Positions 38,547 through 49,837 of a stretch of 64,000 nt of DNA are shown in pieces. A program made the position numbers and the translations under genes. The stretch comes from an uncultured cyanobacterium (GTDB lineage Bacteria > Cyanobacteriota > Cyanobacteriia > Pseudanabaenales > Pseudanabaenaceae): positions 1,408,001 to 1,472,000 of the forward strand of contig OY969811.1 of NCBI GenBank assembly GCA_963703315.1, read 5' to 3'. The notes below the pieces were generated by a model. The model saw nothing but the letters and a program-made list of their open reading frames with translations, did not search any database and was not told the DNA's origin. Within the stretch, counting starts at the first letter, position 1. Each line of letters begins with the position of its first letter.

Positions 38547-41500
38547 ATGAGCAACCAAAACTCGTCCAGTCCGAAGCCGACAGGATTTAGTATTAGCGCC
38601 ACAGCCATTCGCCGCCACATCGGTACGCTGATGCTAACGATCGCTATCTTTGTCATGGGCGCATTTTATGTGACACGGTTACAAGTGGATTTGCTGCCAT
38701 CGATTGTTTATCCCCGTATCGGAGTACAGATTGATGTGCCAGGGGTTTCTCCAGAGGTCGCCATTACCGAAGTCACTAAACCTCTAGAAGAAGCTTTAGC
38801 ACTTACCGAAGGTGTTAACCAGCTTTTTTCGCGTACTCGCGAAGGACAGGTGCGAGTCGATTTGTTCTTTGAAGCAGGTAGTGATGTTGATCAGGCTCTT
38901 AATGACACTGTGGCTAGTTTCAACCGTGGTCGGAGCCTGCTACCTGATGTCGTCGAGAATGAAAGAATTTTTAAATTTGATCCATCCCAATTTCCAATCT
39001 ATGAGTTTGCGCTCACATCGCCTTCTTTGTCATTGCCAGAGTTGCGACTATTTGCGGATGAGGAGTTGGGGCGTGAGCTAGCGATCGTGCCTGGGGTCGC
39101 AGGTGTTGACGTAGTTGGTGGGGTCAGGGAAGAAGTTCAGGTTAATCTCGATCTGCCACGATTACAATCAGCAGGTGTGAGCGTTAATGAAGTTTTGAAC
39201 GCATTGCGCGATCGCAATATTGATATTTCAGGTGGGCGGTTACGCAATGGTGCGGTGGAGCCACTGACTCGGGCGATCGGTAAGTTTAAAGACGCTAAAG
39301 AACTGGAAAATTTATCCTTTGTTGTCAGCAATCCATCGGCTACCACCCAGTCTAGGCAAGTCTATTTGCGCGACTTTGCGGAAATTATTGATAGCACGGA
39401 AGAACAACGGGTTTTCACTACTTTAAATGGACAGGAAGCGGTGCGGTTGCTCATCACTAAGCAGCCTGACGCGAATACGATTGAGGTCGTCGATCGCGTC
39501 AAGGAAAAAATTGCCAACCTTCAGGAAAATGGCTTGATTCCCAGCGATGCTGAGGTAACCGCCACCCTTGACGAGTCAAGATTAATCAGGGCTTCGGTTG
39601 CCAACGTGGCTTGGTCAGGGATTATTGGTTCGGGCTTGGCAGCGATCGCTGTGTTTTTATTTCTAGGCTCATTACGTCAGACTTTAATTATCACCCTTGC
39701 CATTCCCTTAGCAACCCTTGCGGCGATCATCTGTATGGGGATTTTTGGTTTCTCTCTCAACCTGTTCAGTTTAGGTGGACTAGCGCTCGGTGTCGGGATT
39801 GTCGTGGATAACTCGATTGTGATGTTAGAGAACATTACAATCGGCATTGAGAAGATCCGTAAGCGCAATGGTGGTGAAGCTGATTTTGACGACATTATCA
39901 ATCAATCACAGGATAGCAGTGCCGAAATTGAATCAGCCCTAATTGCTTCTACCAGCACCAACCTTGTCGTAATTTTTCCATTCTTATTGCTAGGTGGATT
40001 TCTATCACTGCTATTCAATCAACTAATTCTTACCATTAGCTTTGCCGTAGCGGCTTCAATCGTGATTGCGGTAACTGTTGTACCAATGATGGCTTCGCGA
40101 CTATTGGCAATCCCTTGGTCGAGCCGTTTAAATGAATCTTGGTTTATGGTCGGATTTGAGCGTCGTTTTGCGGCAGCTACTCTGGGCTATGCAGGATTTT
40201 TAGCAAGGATTGTTCAATATCGTCTTTTGGTCATAGTTGCTCTATTCGCGATCCTTGGGGGGGAGGCTTTCTGATGGCGCGTCAACTTCCTCAAGAAATC
40301 ATCCCTCAAGTCAAAACAGGTGATGTCAACGTCAATGCTCAATTCCCCGCAGGTACGACCCTTGCTGAGAACATTAAGGTGATGGCGCTAGTTGACGAAA
40401 TTCTAATTAAGCAGCCTGAAACAGCCTACTCATTCGCTACTATTGGCGGCGGCTCCTTTGGCAATAACGTTACTTCTAATCCCTTGCGTAGTGGTAGTAC
40501 GGTTACACTCAATCCAAATGCTGACCTGACGGGCTTTGTGAGTCGCGTCAATCGAGAAATTGCTAAGCTAAATCTAGCAGGAGTAAGAGTGAGGGTTAAC
40601 CCCGGACAAGTGCGCGGGATTATTGTCAACAATTCCCCTGTACCTAGAACCGATATTGATGTCGTTTTGCAAGGTAGTAATCCAGATATATTGACGCAAG
40701 CAGGTACAGAAGTGCTTAGTGCCTTAGAGAAGTCAGTCAAAGGCGCAACCTTCCGCCCTGATACTGATGCCCGTCAGCCCGAAATCCAAATTATTCCTGA
40801 TTGGGAACGTCTACAAGCCCTAGGACTTTCTACGCAAGCGATCGGCTCCACTCTGCAAACTGCGATTACAGGTTCAGTCCCCACACAGTTACAACGGGGC
40901 GATCGCCTTGTTGATGTGCGCGTGCAGCTTGATCCTGAGTTACGCAAAAACTCTTCGCAATTGCAGCAAGTCCCCCTATTTGTCAGCAATAATCGCCCAG
41001 TCCGCCTCGCTGATGTGGCTACCTTGAGCGAAGGTCGCGCCCCCGGGGAAATTCAACGGATTAATCAACGCCAAGTATATCTACTGCTCGGTAGTGTGGA
41101 GCGCGGCGCAAGTCTGAGTGATGCCCTCAAGCAAACTGAACAGGCGATCGCGGAAGTTGACCTGCCCGATGGTGTCACCATATTACCGAGTTCTGCCAAA
41201 GCGGCTAATGACAACCTTTCTGGAGCCTTTGGAGTATTAGGCGTACTTGCCTCATTCCTCGTATTTGTGGTGATGGCGGTGCAGTACAATTCATTGCTTG
41301 ATCCTTTGGTGATCATGCTGACAATTCCCCTTGCACTGGCTGGAGGTATTGTGGGGCTATACGTCACCAATAGCTCGATCAATGTGATGGTAGTAATCGG
41401 CGTAATTCTGCTAATTGGGATTGTGGTTAACAATGCGATCGTGCTGGTGGAACTGGCGAATCAATTACGTGAGGAGCAGAAATGTAGTCGGATACAAGCG

Positions 41501-41770
41501 ATGTTGCAAGCTGCACCTACCCGTTTACGTCCGATCTTGATGACTACGATTACCACAGTAGTTGGCGCATTTCCGCTAGCCCTTGGCGGCGGCGATGGTG
41601 GTGAGTTTTTACAGCCCCTTGGAATTGTCATTTTTTCTGGATTAGCCCTTGCCACAGTCCTGACCTTATTCCTAATTCCCTGCTCCTATGTACTGATGCA
41701 TGAATTGAGTTGGTCTAGTTTGAGTAAGCTATTGCGATTAAAACCATCTGTCAGGACTCAGAGCCGATAA
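38547..41770 (+). pseudogene. RND efflux permease (AcrB family) split by a frameshift at the G7 run 40257-40263
   Basis: ORFs 38547-40274 and 40274-41770 are the N- and C-halves (GIVVDNSIV; GIVVNNAIVLVE, RLRPILMTT); adding one G fuses them. Confidence 0.85.
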
Positions 41771-41777
41771 ATTTTAA

Positions 41778-41928
41778 ATAGCGAGTTATGGCATTTTTCA
41801 GTCTAGTGAAGTACGAGTTTGTTTCCCCGCCTTCGGCGGGGAAACAAACTCGTACTTCGGCTATATGGCGCTTCGCGCCACAACTCGTCTTCTGGGTTTA
41901 TTTCCTAACAAGACTGGCGACCGCTATA
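41778..41928. repeat. Family B element (inverted) with a nested family D element at 41787-41865
   Basis: Host hairpin arm cgagtTA|tggcgc is interrupted by an insert flanked by duplicated TA (or TATGGC). Confidence 0.8.
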
Positions 41929-41957
41929 CTAAACATTCAGCCTTCAAGCTCTAATTT

Positions 41958-42164
41958 ATGTCACCCGATTATATAAAAGCTCAACTAATCTTGCTTATTT
42001 CCATCGTTGCAGCGATCGCCTTTGTTGGCTGCATTTACGAAATATCCTATGGCGCACCAGACTTTGGTTTTGCAACTACTTGGACAATTTTGCTAATCAG
42101 CTTACCTGTAGGTGTCTATAGCTTTGTTAAGGCAGTTAGCTTAGCCAGAAAATCGATGAACTAA
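41958..42164 (+). CDS. Small two-TM hypothetical protein
   Basis: 68-aa hydrophobic ORF with ATG start, followed by a terminator. Confidence 0.7.
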   Translation: MSPDYIKAQLILLISIVAAIAFVGCIYEISYGAPDFGFATTWTILLISLPVGVYSFVKAVSLARKSMN

Positions 42165-42199
42165 AAAAAGCACCTCCCATTGGGAGGTGCTTTTTTTTA
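42162..42199. terminator. Bidirectional terminator
   Basis: aaaaaaagcacctccc-att-gggaggtgcttttttt between convergent genes. Confidence 0.85.
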
Positions 42200-43297
42200 A
42201 AAGCCCATTACCTTAGCAACACTAGTAATGTCTGGGGCGATACCTTTATGTAACTTAGCCTCAGCACAGGCGATCGCAGTGTCTGGATCTTTAATACCGT
42301 TGCCCGTTAGTACACAAACAATCGTTGCTCCTGAAGGAATTTGATCGCTAACCTTGAGTAAACCAGCAACCGACGCAGCGCTGGCAGGTTCACAGAATAC
42401 GCCTTCTTCACCTGCCAAGAATTTGTAGGCTGCCAAAATTTCGACATCAGTGACACTATTAAACTCACCACCGCTTTCTTCACGGACTTTGAGGGCTTTC
42501 TGCCAATTCGCAGGATTACCGATTCTGATGGCAGTCGCGATCGTTTCAGGTTTCTCGAAAATTTGACCTGTGACTAGTGGAGCCGAACCTGCGGCTTGGA
42601 AACCCATCATGCGAGGAAGTTTTTTAGATTTACCTAACGCATAATATTGCGAGAAACCCATCCAGTAGGCGGTGATATTACCTGCATTGCCCATCGGAAT
42701 GCAGAGCCAGTCTGGAGCATCACCGATCGCCTCAACTAGTTCAAAGGCGGCTGTTTTTTGACCTTCCAGACGGTAAGGATTGACAGAATTAACCAAGGTG
42801 ATCGGGAATTTCTCAGACATTTCCCGCACAATTTGTAGCGCTTGGTCGAAGTTGCCATCGATCGCAATTACCTCTGCACCATAGATTAAGGCTTGGCTCA
42901 ATTTACCGAGGGCAATCTTGCCATCAGGAATTAAAACAAAAGCTTTCAAGCCACCACGTTTAGCATAGGCTGCTGCTGCTGCTGAGGTGTTACCTGTACT
43001 TGCACAAATTACAGCATGAGATCCCGCTTCCTTAGCTTTAGAGATCGCCATCGTCATGCCGCGATCTTTAAAGCTGCCTGTGGGATTGAGTCCGTCATAT
43101 TTGAGCAAGACTTTGATATTACGCCCTAGCTTTTCACTAAGAGCAAGGGCAGGGATTAGTGGCGTATTGCCCTCATGCAAAGTGACAATCGGAGTTTGGT
43201 CGGTAACTGGCAAATAATCGGCATAGCGACATATCAGTCCAGTCCAACCATTGGGAACTGTAGAGGCAGGGTAAAGATCGAGACGAGTATCAATCAC
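42197..43297 (-). CDS. thrC: Threonine synthase
   Basis: [41 protein letters not shown]. Confidence 0.96.
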   Translation of the reverse strand: MIDTRLDLYPASTVPNGWTGLICRYADYLPVTDQTPIVTLHEGNTPLIPALALSEKLGRNIKVLLKYDGLNPTGSFKDRGMTMAISKAKEAGSHAVICASTGNTSAAAAAYAKRGGLKAFVLIPDGKIALGKLSQALIYGAEVIAIDGNFDQALQIVREMSEKFPITLVNSVNPYRLEGQKTAAFELVEAIGDAPDWLCIPMGNAGNITAYWMGFSQYYALGKSKKLPRMMGFQAAGSAPLVTGQIFEKPETIATAIRIGNPANWQKALKVREESGGEFNSVTDVEILAAYKFLAGEEGVFCEPASAASVAGLLKVSDQIPSGATIVCVLTGNGIKDPDTAIACAEAKLHKGIAPDITSVAKVMGF

Positions 43298-43537
43298 GCT
43301 TTCTTCTGGCTAAAAAAATTTATAAATTACCGAATCTAGTCTAGCCCTATCCAAACTGTAAAACCTATTCTGAGTCTAGGTTTTTGTCTTTTCAAAAGTG
43401 CGATCGCGCTTTTGAAATTTGATAGCAGCTAACAAGCATAAGCTTATATATTACTGCAAATAGTTACTGCCATAGCTACGACTATAGACCATCTGATCAT
43501 GGTCATCAGTCATCATAATGTTTGGGTGACCATTTTT

Positions 43538-44380
43538 TTAGGGTTGATATTCTGGTTTTTCATGTTCCACTACAAACACATTGGAATAAAGATGAGCCAC
43601 AATCTCTTGCCCTTGTTGAGTAAGTGATAAATAGTACAAAGCATCTTTGACAAAGGGATATACGCTTGTCCAGTAAAACTTAGGATAGTTGCGGCGTAAA
43701 TCTCCTGGATGTGCATATCCGAGTGCGGCATTTACTCCAGTTTCTTCAAACTCATAAAATAAAGCCCCTATTTTTTTTAGATAACGGGGATCGCTGAGTT
43801 GCCCGATCAAATCTGCCGATCGCACCAAGCCCGCAAAATGCATCGTATCTTGATGGTCGCCAGTTTTAGGCACAGGAAATCTGGTGAGTTCAATATTGCG
43901 GCAAATTTTCTCTGCCTTAATTAAAGAATGATTAGCAAAGCGTTGATTGACAAATAGTTTGGCGCGATCGACATGGTAGGGAGTTAGTCCTGCATCCGAA
44001 GCCCCTGGGGGTAACTCCACCATCGCTTCGCCAATCCCAGTGGCATATTTACCATTGCCATCCTGAAGGCATACACCTTTGACATAGCCAATATCATGAC
44101 AAACTAAGGAAATAATAAAATGCAACCAATCTTCAGGAGAAACTCGCCCTTCACGAATATGCTTACCCCGTAAAATCTCCTGCCCAACCAAAGTTACCAA
44201 GATCGTATGTTCAACATTGTGGTAGAGCGCATCACTATTGGCAATATTTTCCAGAGCCATGTTGCCAGCCCAACCAATAATGTCTTCATAATCGTGGAGA
44301 TAACCGCCATAGGTGCGGCGATATCCTAGCTTTAGTTGCTCAACAAAATTCTTAATCAGAAGCTCGGTTGCATTAAACAT
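43538..44380 (-). CDS. HD-domain metalloprotein (Npun_R2479-like)
   Basis: ALYHNVEHT, CHDIGY, HVDR, ADLIGQL.DPRY. Confidence 0.85.
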   Translation of the reverse strand: MFNATELLIKNFVEQLKLGYRRTYGGYLHDYEDIIGWAGNMALENIANSDALYHNVEHTILVTLVGQEILRGKHIREGRVSPEDWLHFIISLVCHDIGYVKGVCLQDGNGKYATGIGEAMVELPPGASDAGLTPYHVDRAKLFVNQRFANHSLIKAEKICRNIELTRFPVPKTGDHQDTMHFAGLVRSADLIGQLSDPRYLKKIGALFYEFEETGVNAALGYAHPGDLRRNYPKFYWTSVYPFVKDALYYLSLTQQGQEIVAHLYSNVFVVEHEKPEYQP

Positions 44381-44538
44381 ATATTTTGGTATGCCTATCT
44401 AAAGCTAAAACTTATTTTCAATAATAAGGCTAACTTTTGGTTTTAAGGCGATCGCTAATCAAGTTTCAGCGATTCTCATTGTAGAAATCAGTTTTAAATC
44501 TTAGACCTGTTATGTATGTTTGTGTCGGTGTTTCTGAA

Positions 44539-46155
44539 CTAACGATGTCTACCTAATGTAGTTATATATAAAACTGCTTCATCACTAGGAATGCCAAGCA
44601 CCTCATTGACTAGATCATCAAAGAAACCTGCAATTCCACTTACGCCTAAACCTAAACCGATCGCTGCTAGATTGAGACGTTGCCCTAGATGACCAGCATC
44701 CATGTGCAAATAGCGATATACGCGATCGCCATATTTAGCAACGGCTCGTTTGAGGTCAGCAGTATGGAAAATGACTGCTCCTGCATCGCGTCCTAGTTCT
44801 TGACCGAGACAGAGATAATGGAGTTCATCACGAAAGTTTTTAAAGCGGATTTGGCGTAACTCTTGCGATTTAGGAGCGTAATAGTAACAACCTTCCTCTA
44901 GCCCTTCTACACCTGTAACGGCGATAAAGGTTTCAATCAAACTGAGATCGAAGTATTCAGGATGTCCATCGATACCTTGGTCGGCATAGTGTTGTGGTTG
45001 ATAGGTAAAGTCGAGAATTGCTTTAAGTTCGGCTAACTCTAGGTTTGCGCCACTATATTCACGAGTCGATCGCCGTTGCAAGATCGTATTTTCTAGTAGT
45101 TCTAGATCATCACCCCAATGAATACTTGCAGTGACAGTACTAACTTTGGTGCAGAAAGGGAAGTTATATTTATCGATATCTTGATTGGGAACTTGATCAG
45201 GATTGGCTGACTCTTGGCTATCTATCTGTTGCCAAAGCTTTGGCATATTTGGCTTTTCACTAATTTGTGTAGACTGATGCAAATATCCTAATAGTTCACC
45301 ATCAGGAAGTTTCGGATAGCTAGTCGTAGTTACCGAAGGTAAAGCCGTCATCAATCCTCTTGTGTCCATATTTGATGATCGATGCATGGGCAATCGTGAT
45401 TCTTGTCCTCTGCCAATACGCTCCTCATCTTGGAGATCGAGAATTGGCACGATCGCGATCGCTCCTTCCACTTGTTTATCTAAAAAGAGCAGTTCATTCA
45501 CCGCTTCATCGGCAAAGCCTCCGATCAGAGAAGCTTGATAATCCTCAATGGAACTTGCTAAATCGATATTACCGAGCAAATGCCCTGTGTCCAGAAAAAT
45601 GCGGCGATAAGCCCGATCTTGATAGCGCCATGCGGATCGATAAAATACGGAAGTAATAGCGATCGCCATGCGGGTATTTTGTAGAGCAGGATGACCGAAA
45701 CAAGCTTTTTGTAAGCCTCCCCAAACATTTTGATCTTGCCAAAAATGAATCAAGCTATGAGTTTTGACTTGATAGTTATAAATTCCTGCGGACAAAAGTG
45801 GTGTACCTGCGGAAATTAGATATAACTCGGCAGGATATAAGCCCCCTGCGGAAGGTGCAGACCGCAAGTAAAACGCTTCACCTGTGACCGTTGGTACTCG
45901 TGCCGTCAACCCATAACTACAAAATAGCAACCGTGAGAGCCGCCGCCACCGACTCGCCAACAACCCATCGCGATCGGATTGAATATCTTCAGTCAGATAG
46001 GGCTTGAGGTCATAGATCGTGCCAATTTTATAGTCCTTATATGGGGAGGGCTGGGCGCTCCAGTCTAAGCTCTGACTCTTACTCGCAATAGTCTCAGGCA
46101 CATACTTAGTGCGCTCGTGGTAATGTTCTGCGAAGGAAAGTTGGGCTTCAGGCAT
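44539..46155 (-). CDS. SagB/ThcOx-family double nitroreductase-domain oxidoreductase
   Basis: HYHERTKY, RSAPSAGGLYP, RAYRRIFLDTGH, RRSTR, YRYLHMDAGHLGQ; the ORF-track 5' extension crosses a repeat. Confidence 0.9.
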   Translation of the reverse strand: MPEAQLSFAEHYHERTKYVPETIASKSQSLDWSAQPSPYKDYKIGTIYDLKPYLTEDIQSDRDGLLASRWRRLSRLLFCSYGLTARVPTVTGEAFYLRSAPSAGGLYPAELYLISAGTPLLSAGIYNYQVKTHSLIHFWQDQNVWGGLQKACFGHPALQNTRMAIAITSVFYRSAWRYQDRAYRRIFLDTGHLLGNIDLASSIEDYQASLIGGFADEAVNELLFLDKQVEGAIAIVPILDLQDEERIGRGQESRLPMHRSSNMDTRGLMTALPSVTTTSYPKLPDGELLGYLHQSTQISEKPNMPKLWQQIDSQESANPDQVPNQDIDKYNFPFCTKVSTVTASIHWGDDLELLENTILQRRSTREYSGANLELAELKAILDFTYQPQHYADQGIDGHPEYFDLSLIETFIAVTGVEGLEEGCYYYAPKSQELRQIRFKNFRDELHYLCLGQELGRDAGAVIFHTADLKRAVAKYGDRVYRYLHMDAGHLGQRLNLAAIGLGLGVSGIAGFFDDLVNEVLGIPSDEAVLYITTLGRHR

Positions 46156-46181
46156 GGCTTTGCAAATAGTCAGCAGGTAAA

Positions 46182-46270
46182 TATAGCGATCGCCAGTTTT
46201 GATAACCAGAAGACGAGTGGCGGCGCTTTGCGCCGCCACTCGTTTCCAAATACAGATGGCGGCGGCTATA
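46182..46270. repeat. Family B element (internally shortened)
   Basis: TATAGC...GCTATA ends; acgagtggcggcgc-ttt-gcgccgccactcgt. Confidence 0.8.
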
Positions 46271-46486
46271 AGTCTGATGTTACAGCAGTTTTTGATCAAA
46301 AGAACCGCCTGAGATTTTTAAAAAGCATTGCTTTGTAACGCTTTTTAAAAATCTCAGGTGCTAGGACTGAGAAAATAGATCAAAACTGCGATCGCATCAA
46401 TCATCAATTCGCTTATGATAGAAAGGTTGTCAAAAATTTTCTAATCAAAAGTCAGGAAATTCTCATATTAGTACAGGGATAACATC

Positions 46487-46663
46487 ATGGCAGTACCCAA
46501 GAAACGCACTTCTAAATCTAAGCGTGATATTCGCAAAGCCGTATGGAAACATAAAGCCGCAGTGCAAGCTCAAAAAGCAATCTCGTTAGGTAAGTCCATA
46601 CTCTCAGGCAAAAACGATGGTTTTGTCTATCCATTGGCACAAGAAACCGAAGACGAAGAATAA
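46487..46663 (+). CDS. rpmF: 50S ribosomal protein L32, not in the ORF track
   Basis: My translation: [58 protein letters not shown]. Confidence 0.97.
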   Translation: MAVPKKRTSKSKRDIRKAVWKHKAAVQAQKAISLGKSILSGKNDGFVYPLAQETEDEE

Positions 46664-46673
46664 TCGTTTCCCC

Positions 46674-46708
46674 AAAAAAAGAGAGAGGCAAAGCCTCTCT
46701 CTTTTTTT
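46674..46708. terminator. Bidirectional terminator
   Basis: aaaaaaagagagaggc-aaa-gcctctctcttttttt. Confidence 0.85.
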
Positions 46709-47126
46709 ATGATTGTTTTGCCAAACTTTCTTTGATACAAGCACCAATCTGGGTGTCGATTCGTAAAATGTGACTTACCAACCATTCACATAGCTCATCA
46801 TAGATTTTTTTAGCAATTTCTTCGCTGGCATTACTCTGACGATACTGGTCGTGCAGTTTGCCAAAGGTCTCAATAAATTTTTTATGCGCTTCTTGATTGA
46901 CACCTGCCATTGGGCAGCTATGTTTTGCTGCACAGGTTTCTTCATTGCCAAAATGCCACTCAGCATAGAACTTGAGAAATACTAATAGTTTTTTAATCGC
47001 ATTTGCGCCATTCCCCTTTTCGATCGCCTCGCCAATTTCGTTAGTAGCCGCAATCAATTCCTTGTGTTGCGTGTCAATCATGGGGACACCTGTACTCAAA
47101 GAATCACTCCACTCAAATCTTTTCAT
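46707..47126 (-). CDS. Single-domain bacteriohemerythrin
   Basis: W...LSTGV..ID.QHKEL, HFGNEE, WLVSHILRID. Confidence 0.88.
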   Translation of the reverse strand: MKRFEWSDSLSTGVPMIDTQHKELIAATNEIGEAIEKGNGANAIKKLLVFLKFYAEWHFGNEETCAAKHSCPMAGVNQEAHKKFIETFGKLHDQYRQSNASEEIAKKIYDELCEWLVSHILRIDTQIGACIKESLAKQS

Positions 47127-47322
47127 ATCATTTCTCTCAATGCGTTATGGGTGCAAGATAGTGGTGGCGTGGTGCGTCACCATTATCTTGGTTGTTTTGC
47201 GTTGCTATATATCAATTGTCTGACTAATAAATTTGAGATAGGGAAAAAGTAATATAAATTTAATCTAAAACCTCGATCTTAAAAATAAACGTGAAGCGAA
47301 GCCTCACGTTTGATTTTTAGGA

Positions 47323-47958
47323 TTAACTCAACATAGTGGCGGCTAACTTCCATAGTTGATGACCAATCCCTAAACCAATCACACAAGGAATTGTGAGTAT
47401 CATAATTGCTGTAAGAGATTTACGCTTTTGCTTAATCAAAGATTCACCAACCAAGGCGATCGCGGTAATACCAAGCCACACCATGATCGATAGAACAATG
47501 AAATAGAACTTAATCCTGATTAAAAATACTAGTCCCCCCACAATCAAAAAACCACTGACTAGATAGCTCCATTTCATTAGCTCATAGTCAGCCAATGCGG
47601 TAAGAGTAGGCAATAGTGCCGCAATCACAAAGCCAGCGATCGCCAGATTATAGTGCGATCGGATCGTTAATAATACTGATAAAAAATAGCCGATACAGGT
47701 ATAGCTGACAGCGATCACTACTAGCCATAGCCATAAAGGGTTTTGCTTTTTTACAGAGTCTTTTAGCTGAGATACACGAAACTTAGGAATGCTAAATTTT
47801 GGTGCTTTCCAACTGGGCTTAAAGCGCGGAAGGTTGAAAAACTTTGCTCTTTTCGATAATTTTGATCTTGACGAGTCAGAGTTTGAGAAACCATTGGGAG
47901 CTTGTGATGTATCCGTTGGAGGTTGTTGGTTTTCTGATTCGTCAAGATCCTCAGCCAT
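47323..47958 (-). CDS. Hypothetical membrane protein
   Basis: Polar/basic N-terminus followed by ~5 hydrophobic segments. Confidence 0.7.
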   Translation of the reverse strand: MAEDLDESENQQPPTDTSQAPNGFSNSDSSRSKLSKRAKFFNLPRFKPSWKAPKFSIPKFRVSQLKDSVKKQNPLWLWLVVIAVSYTCIGYFLSVLLTIRSHYNLAIAGFVIAALLPTLTALADYELMKWSYLVSGFLIVGGLVFLIRIKFYFIVLSIMVWLGITAIALVGESLIKQKRKSLTAIMILTIPCVIGLGIGHQLWKLAATMLS

Positions 47959-47973
47959 ATTTTTTACCTATAT

Positions 47974-48843
47974 TTAAAGTGCAGTTTCTGAGGCAACGAT
48001 CATTGAGCCAACGCCGCTATTCGTGAAAATTTCTAGTAACAGTGAATGCGGTACTCGTCCATCGACAATATGTGCCGCTTTCACACCTTGAGCTAGCGAT
48101 CGCACACAGCACTGCACTTTAGGAATCATCCCACCACTAACTACATTTTCATTCATCAGTTCTCTAGCTTTGCTGATCGTTAGACTGCGATAGAGAGTAC
48201 TAGGATCTTTGTAATTATGCAGAATTCCTGCAATGTCAGTGAGCAAAATCAATTTTTCGGCTCCTAATGCCGCCGCAAGCTCACCTGCGACCGTATCAGC
48301 ATTGATGTTGTAGGATTGCCCAGTTTCATCGGTTGCCACACTGGACACGACAGGGATATGTCCTGCTTCGAGCAAGGTGGAGAGCAGACCAATATTAATG
48401 CCACTGACTTCACCGACAAAGCCGATCGCGTCATTACCCTGTGGACGAGCGCGGATCAAGTTGCCATCTTTACCACATAGTCCCACACCAGAACCACCCG
48501 CAAGGTTAATCATTTCCACGATTTGCTTATTGACGCGCCCTACTAACACCATTTCCACGACTTCCATCGTCTCAGCATCGGTGACCCGCAAACCATCGAT
48601 GAACTGTGGTTTGATATTGAGCTTAGTCAGCCATGTATTGATTTCGGGACCACCACCATGTACTAGCACAGGGCGCAATCCCATAAATGACATCGTAACA
48701 ACATCACGGATCACGTCCTGTCGCAGGTTTTCTTCTTTCATCGCTGCGCCGCCATATTTGACGACAATGGTTCGCCCTGCAAATTGCTGCATATATGGCA
48801 GAGCTTCACTGAGAACCTGAACGCGATCGCTGTCTGTTAGCAT
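47974..48843 (-). CDS. argB: Acetylglutamate kinase
   Basis: [35 protein letters not shown]. Confidence 0.97.
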   Translation of the reverse strand: MLTDSDRVQVLSEALPYMQQFAGRTIVVKYGGAAMKEENLRQDVIRDVVTMSFMGLRPVLVHGGGPEINTWLTKLNIKPQFIDGLRVTDAETMEVVEMVLVGRVNKQIVEMINLAGGSGVGLCGKDGNLIRARPQGNDAIGFVGEVSGINIGLLSTLLEAGHIPVVSSVATDETGQSYNINADTVAGELAAALGAEKLILLTDIAGILHNYKDPSTLYRSLTISKARELMNENVVSGGMIPKVQCCVRSLAQGVKAAHIVDGRVPHSLLLEIFTNSGVGSMIVASETAL

Positions 48844-48972
48844 TTAACGCCTCGACTACTTAAAAAAATACTTTGATTAACCTTACAACCTCAATTACCC
48901 CCATAGACAAGCTAATTAAGCTTTTTATTAATATTCGATAACTTTCACGAAAGACAGAAGACTGAGTAATCC

Positions 48973-49079
48973 TTATACCAATTCACAAAAGTGTGCCAAC
49001 ACTTTTGTGAATTAAAAACCAAACCCAGTAAAGGTTTTCAAAACTAAAAATGGCGTAGCCATTTTTAGTTTTGGTATTA
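48973..49079. repeat. Family C element
   Basis: Near-identical to 26866-26972; its terminal TTA is the stop codon of the HNH gene. Confidence 0.88.
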
Positions 49080-49328
49080 CTCGCTGTATAGTCTGCGGAA
49101 ACGGGGATCGATTTTATCGCTTTTGATTTGATTGCAGGTAAAGCAGAGGGTTTGCAGGTTGCTAAGGTCGTTGCTGCCGCCTTTGGCTAAGGGGTGAATA
49201 TGATCGATGACTAGGCTTTTGGCGGTAAGGTCGATTTTGCGGCAACTTTGACATTGATAGTTATTGCGATCGAAGACATATTTTCTCACTTCGGGTGGGA
49301 TGTTAATACGTTGTGTTTTGTCTGCCAT
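49077..49328 (-). CDS. Small HNH endonuclease
   Basis: CQSC...IDHIHPLAKGGSN.LSNLQTLC..CN..K. Confidence 0.92.
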   Translation of the reverse strand: MADKTQRINIPPEVRKYVFDRNNYQCQSCRKIDLTAKSLVIDHIHPLAKGGSNDLSNLQTLCFTCNQIKSDKIDPRFRRLYSE

Positions 49329-49336
49329 AGATTGAG

Positions 49337-49822
49337 CTAGTCAGGTTGAGGATAAAAGTCTAAATCTAGTATTTCGAGAATACTAAAAGGACAAGCGACT
49401 GGAAAAGTTGCTAATGCTAAGTTTGTCTCTACCATTGCCTCCCGTAGAGCGCGTTGATAGGTTTTGTTTATCCATTCGCGATCACTAAGAAATCGTCGCA
49501 AACTGGGGCTTTCTTCTAAATATTCATCGATATTCAACCGTTCGCGATTGATGGTGATTTTCCAGCTATGGCTTTGGCGATCGCTTTGATATTTCCATTT
49601 GAGCAAGTGCATTAATATTAATCTCAATGAGCTTTGCAAGGAGTGTTGTTGACTTTTGCCCAAGTCTGCTATTTCCTCTATTAGATTTTCTAAATCTATA
49701 TCTTGCCATTGCTGCGATCGCAAAAGTTCTACGGTTTCTTCTGCCCAAGCCAAAAAATCGCTATTATACAAATCTCGTTTTTTAGTTGGAGTTAATAGAT
49801 CCATTGTTTTGCTCTCAATCAA
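49337..49822 (-). CDS. DUF29 family protein
   Basis: LY..DF..W, D.ENLIEEI..LG, HLLKW.YQ, SW..TI..ER, SPSL, FP..CPF. Confidence 0.9.
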   Translation of the reverse strand: MIESKTMDLLTPTKKRDLYNSDFLAWAEETVELLRSQQWQDIDLENLIEEIADLGKSQQHSLQSSLRLILMHLLKWKYQSDRQSHSWKITINRERLNIDEYLEESPSLRRFLSDREWINKTYQRALREAMVETNLALATFPVACPFSILEILDLDFYPQPD

Positions 49823-49837
49823 GCTTGACTAAAAATA

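Noticed and set aside
44539..46299. RiPP (azole) biosynthetic cluster around the SagB-like gene, and its 48-aa N-terminal extension
   Set aside because: No YcaO, precursor or transporter nearby. The extension is read-through of a family B repeat, so the start was set at 46155.
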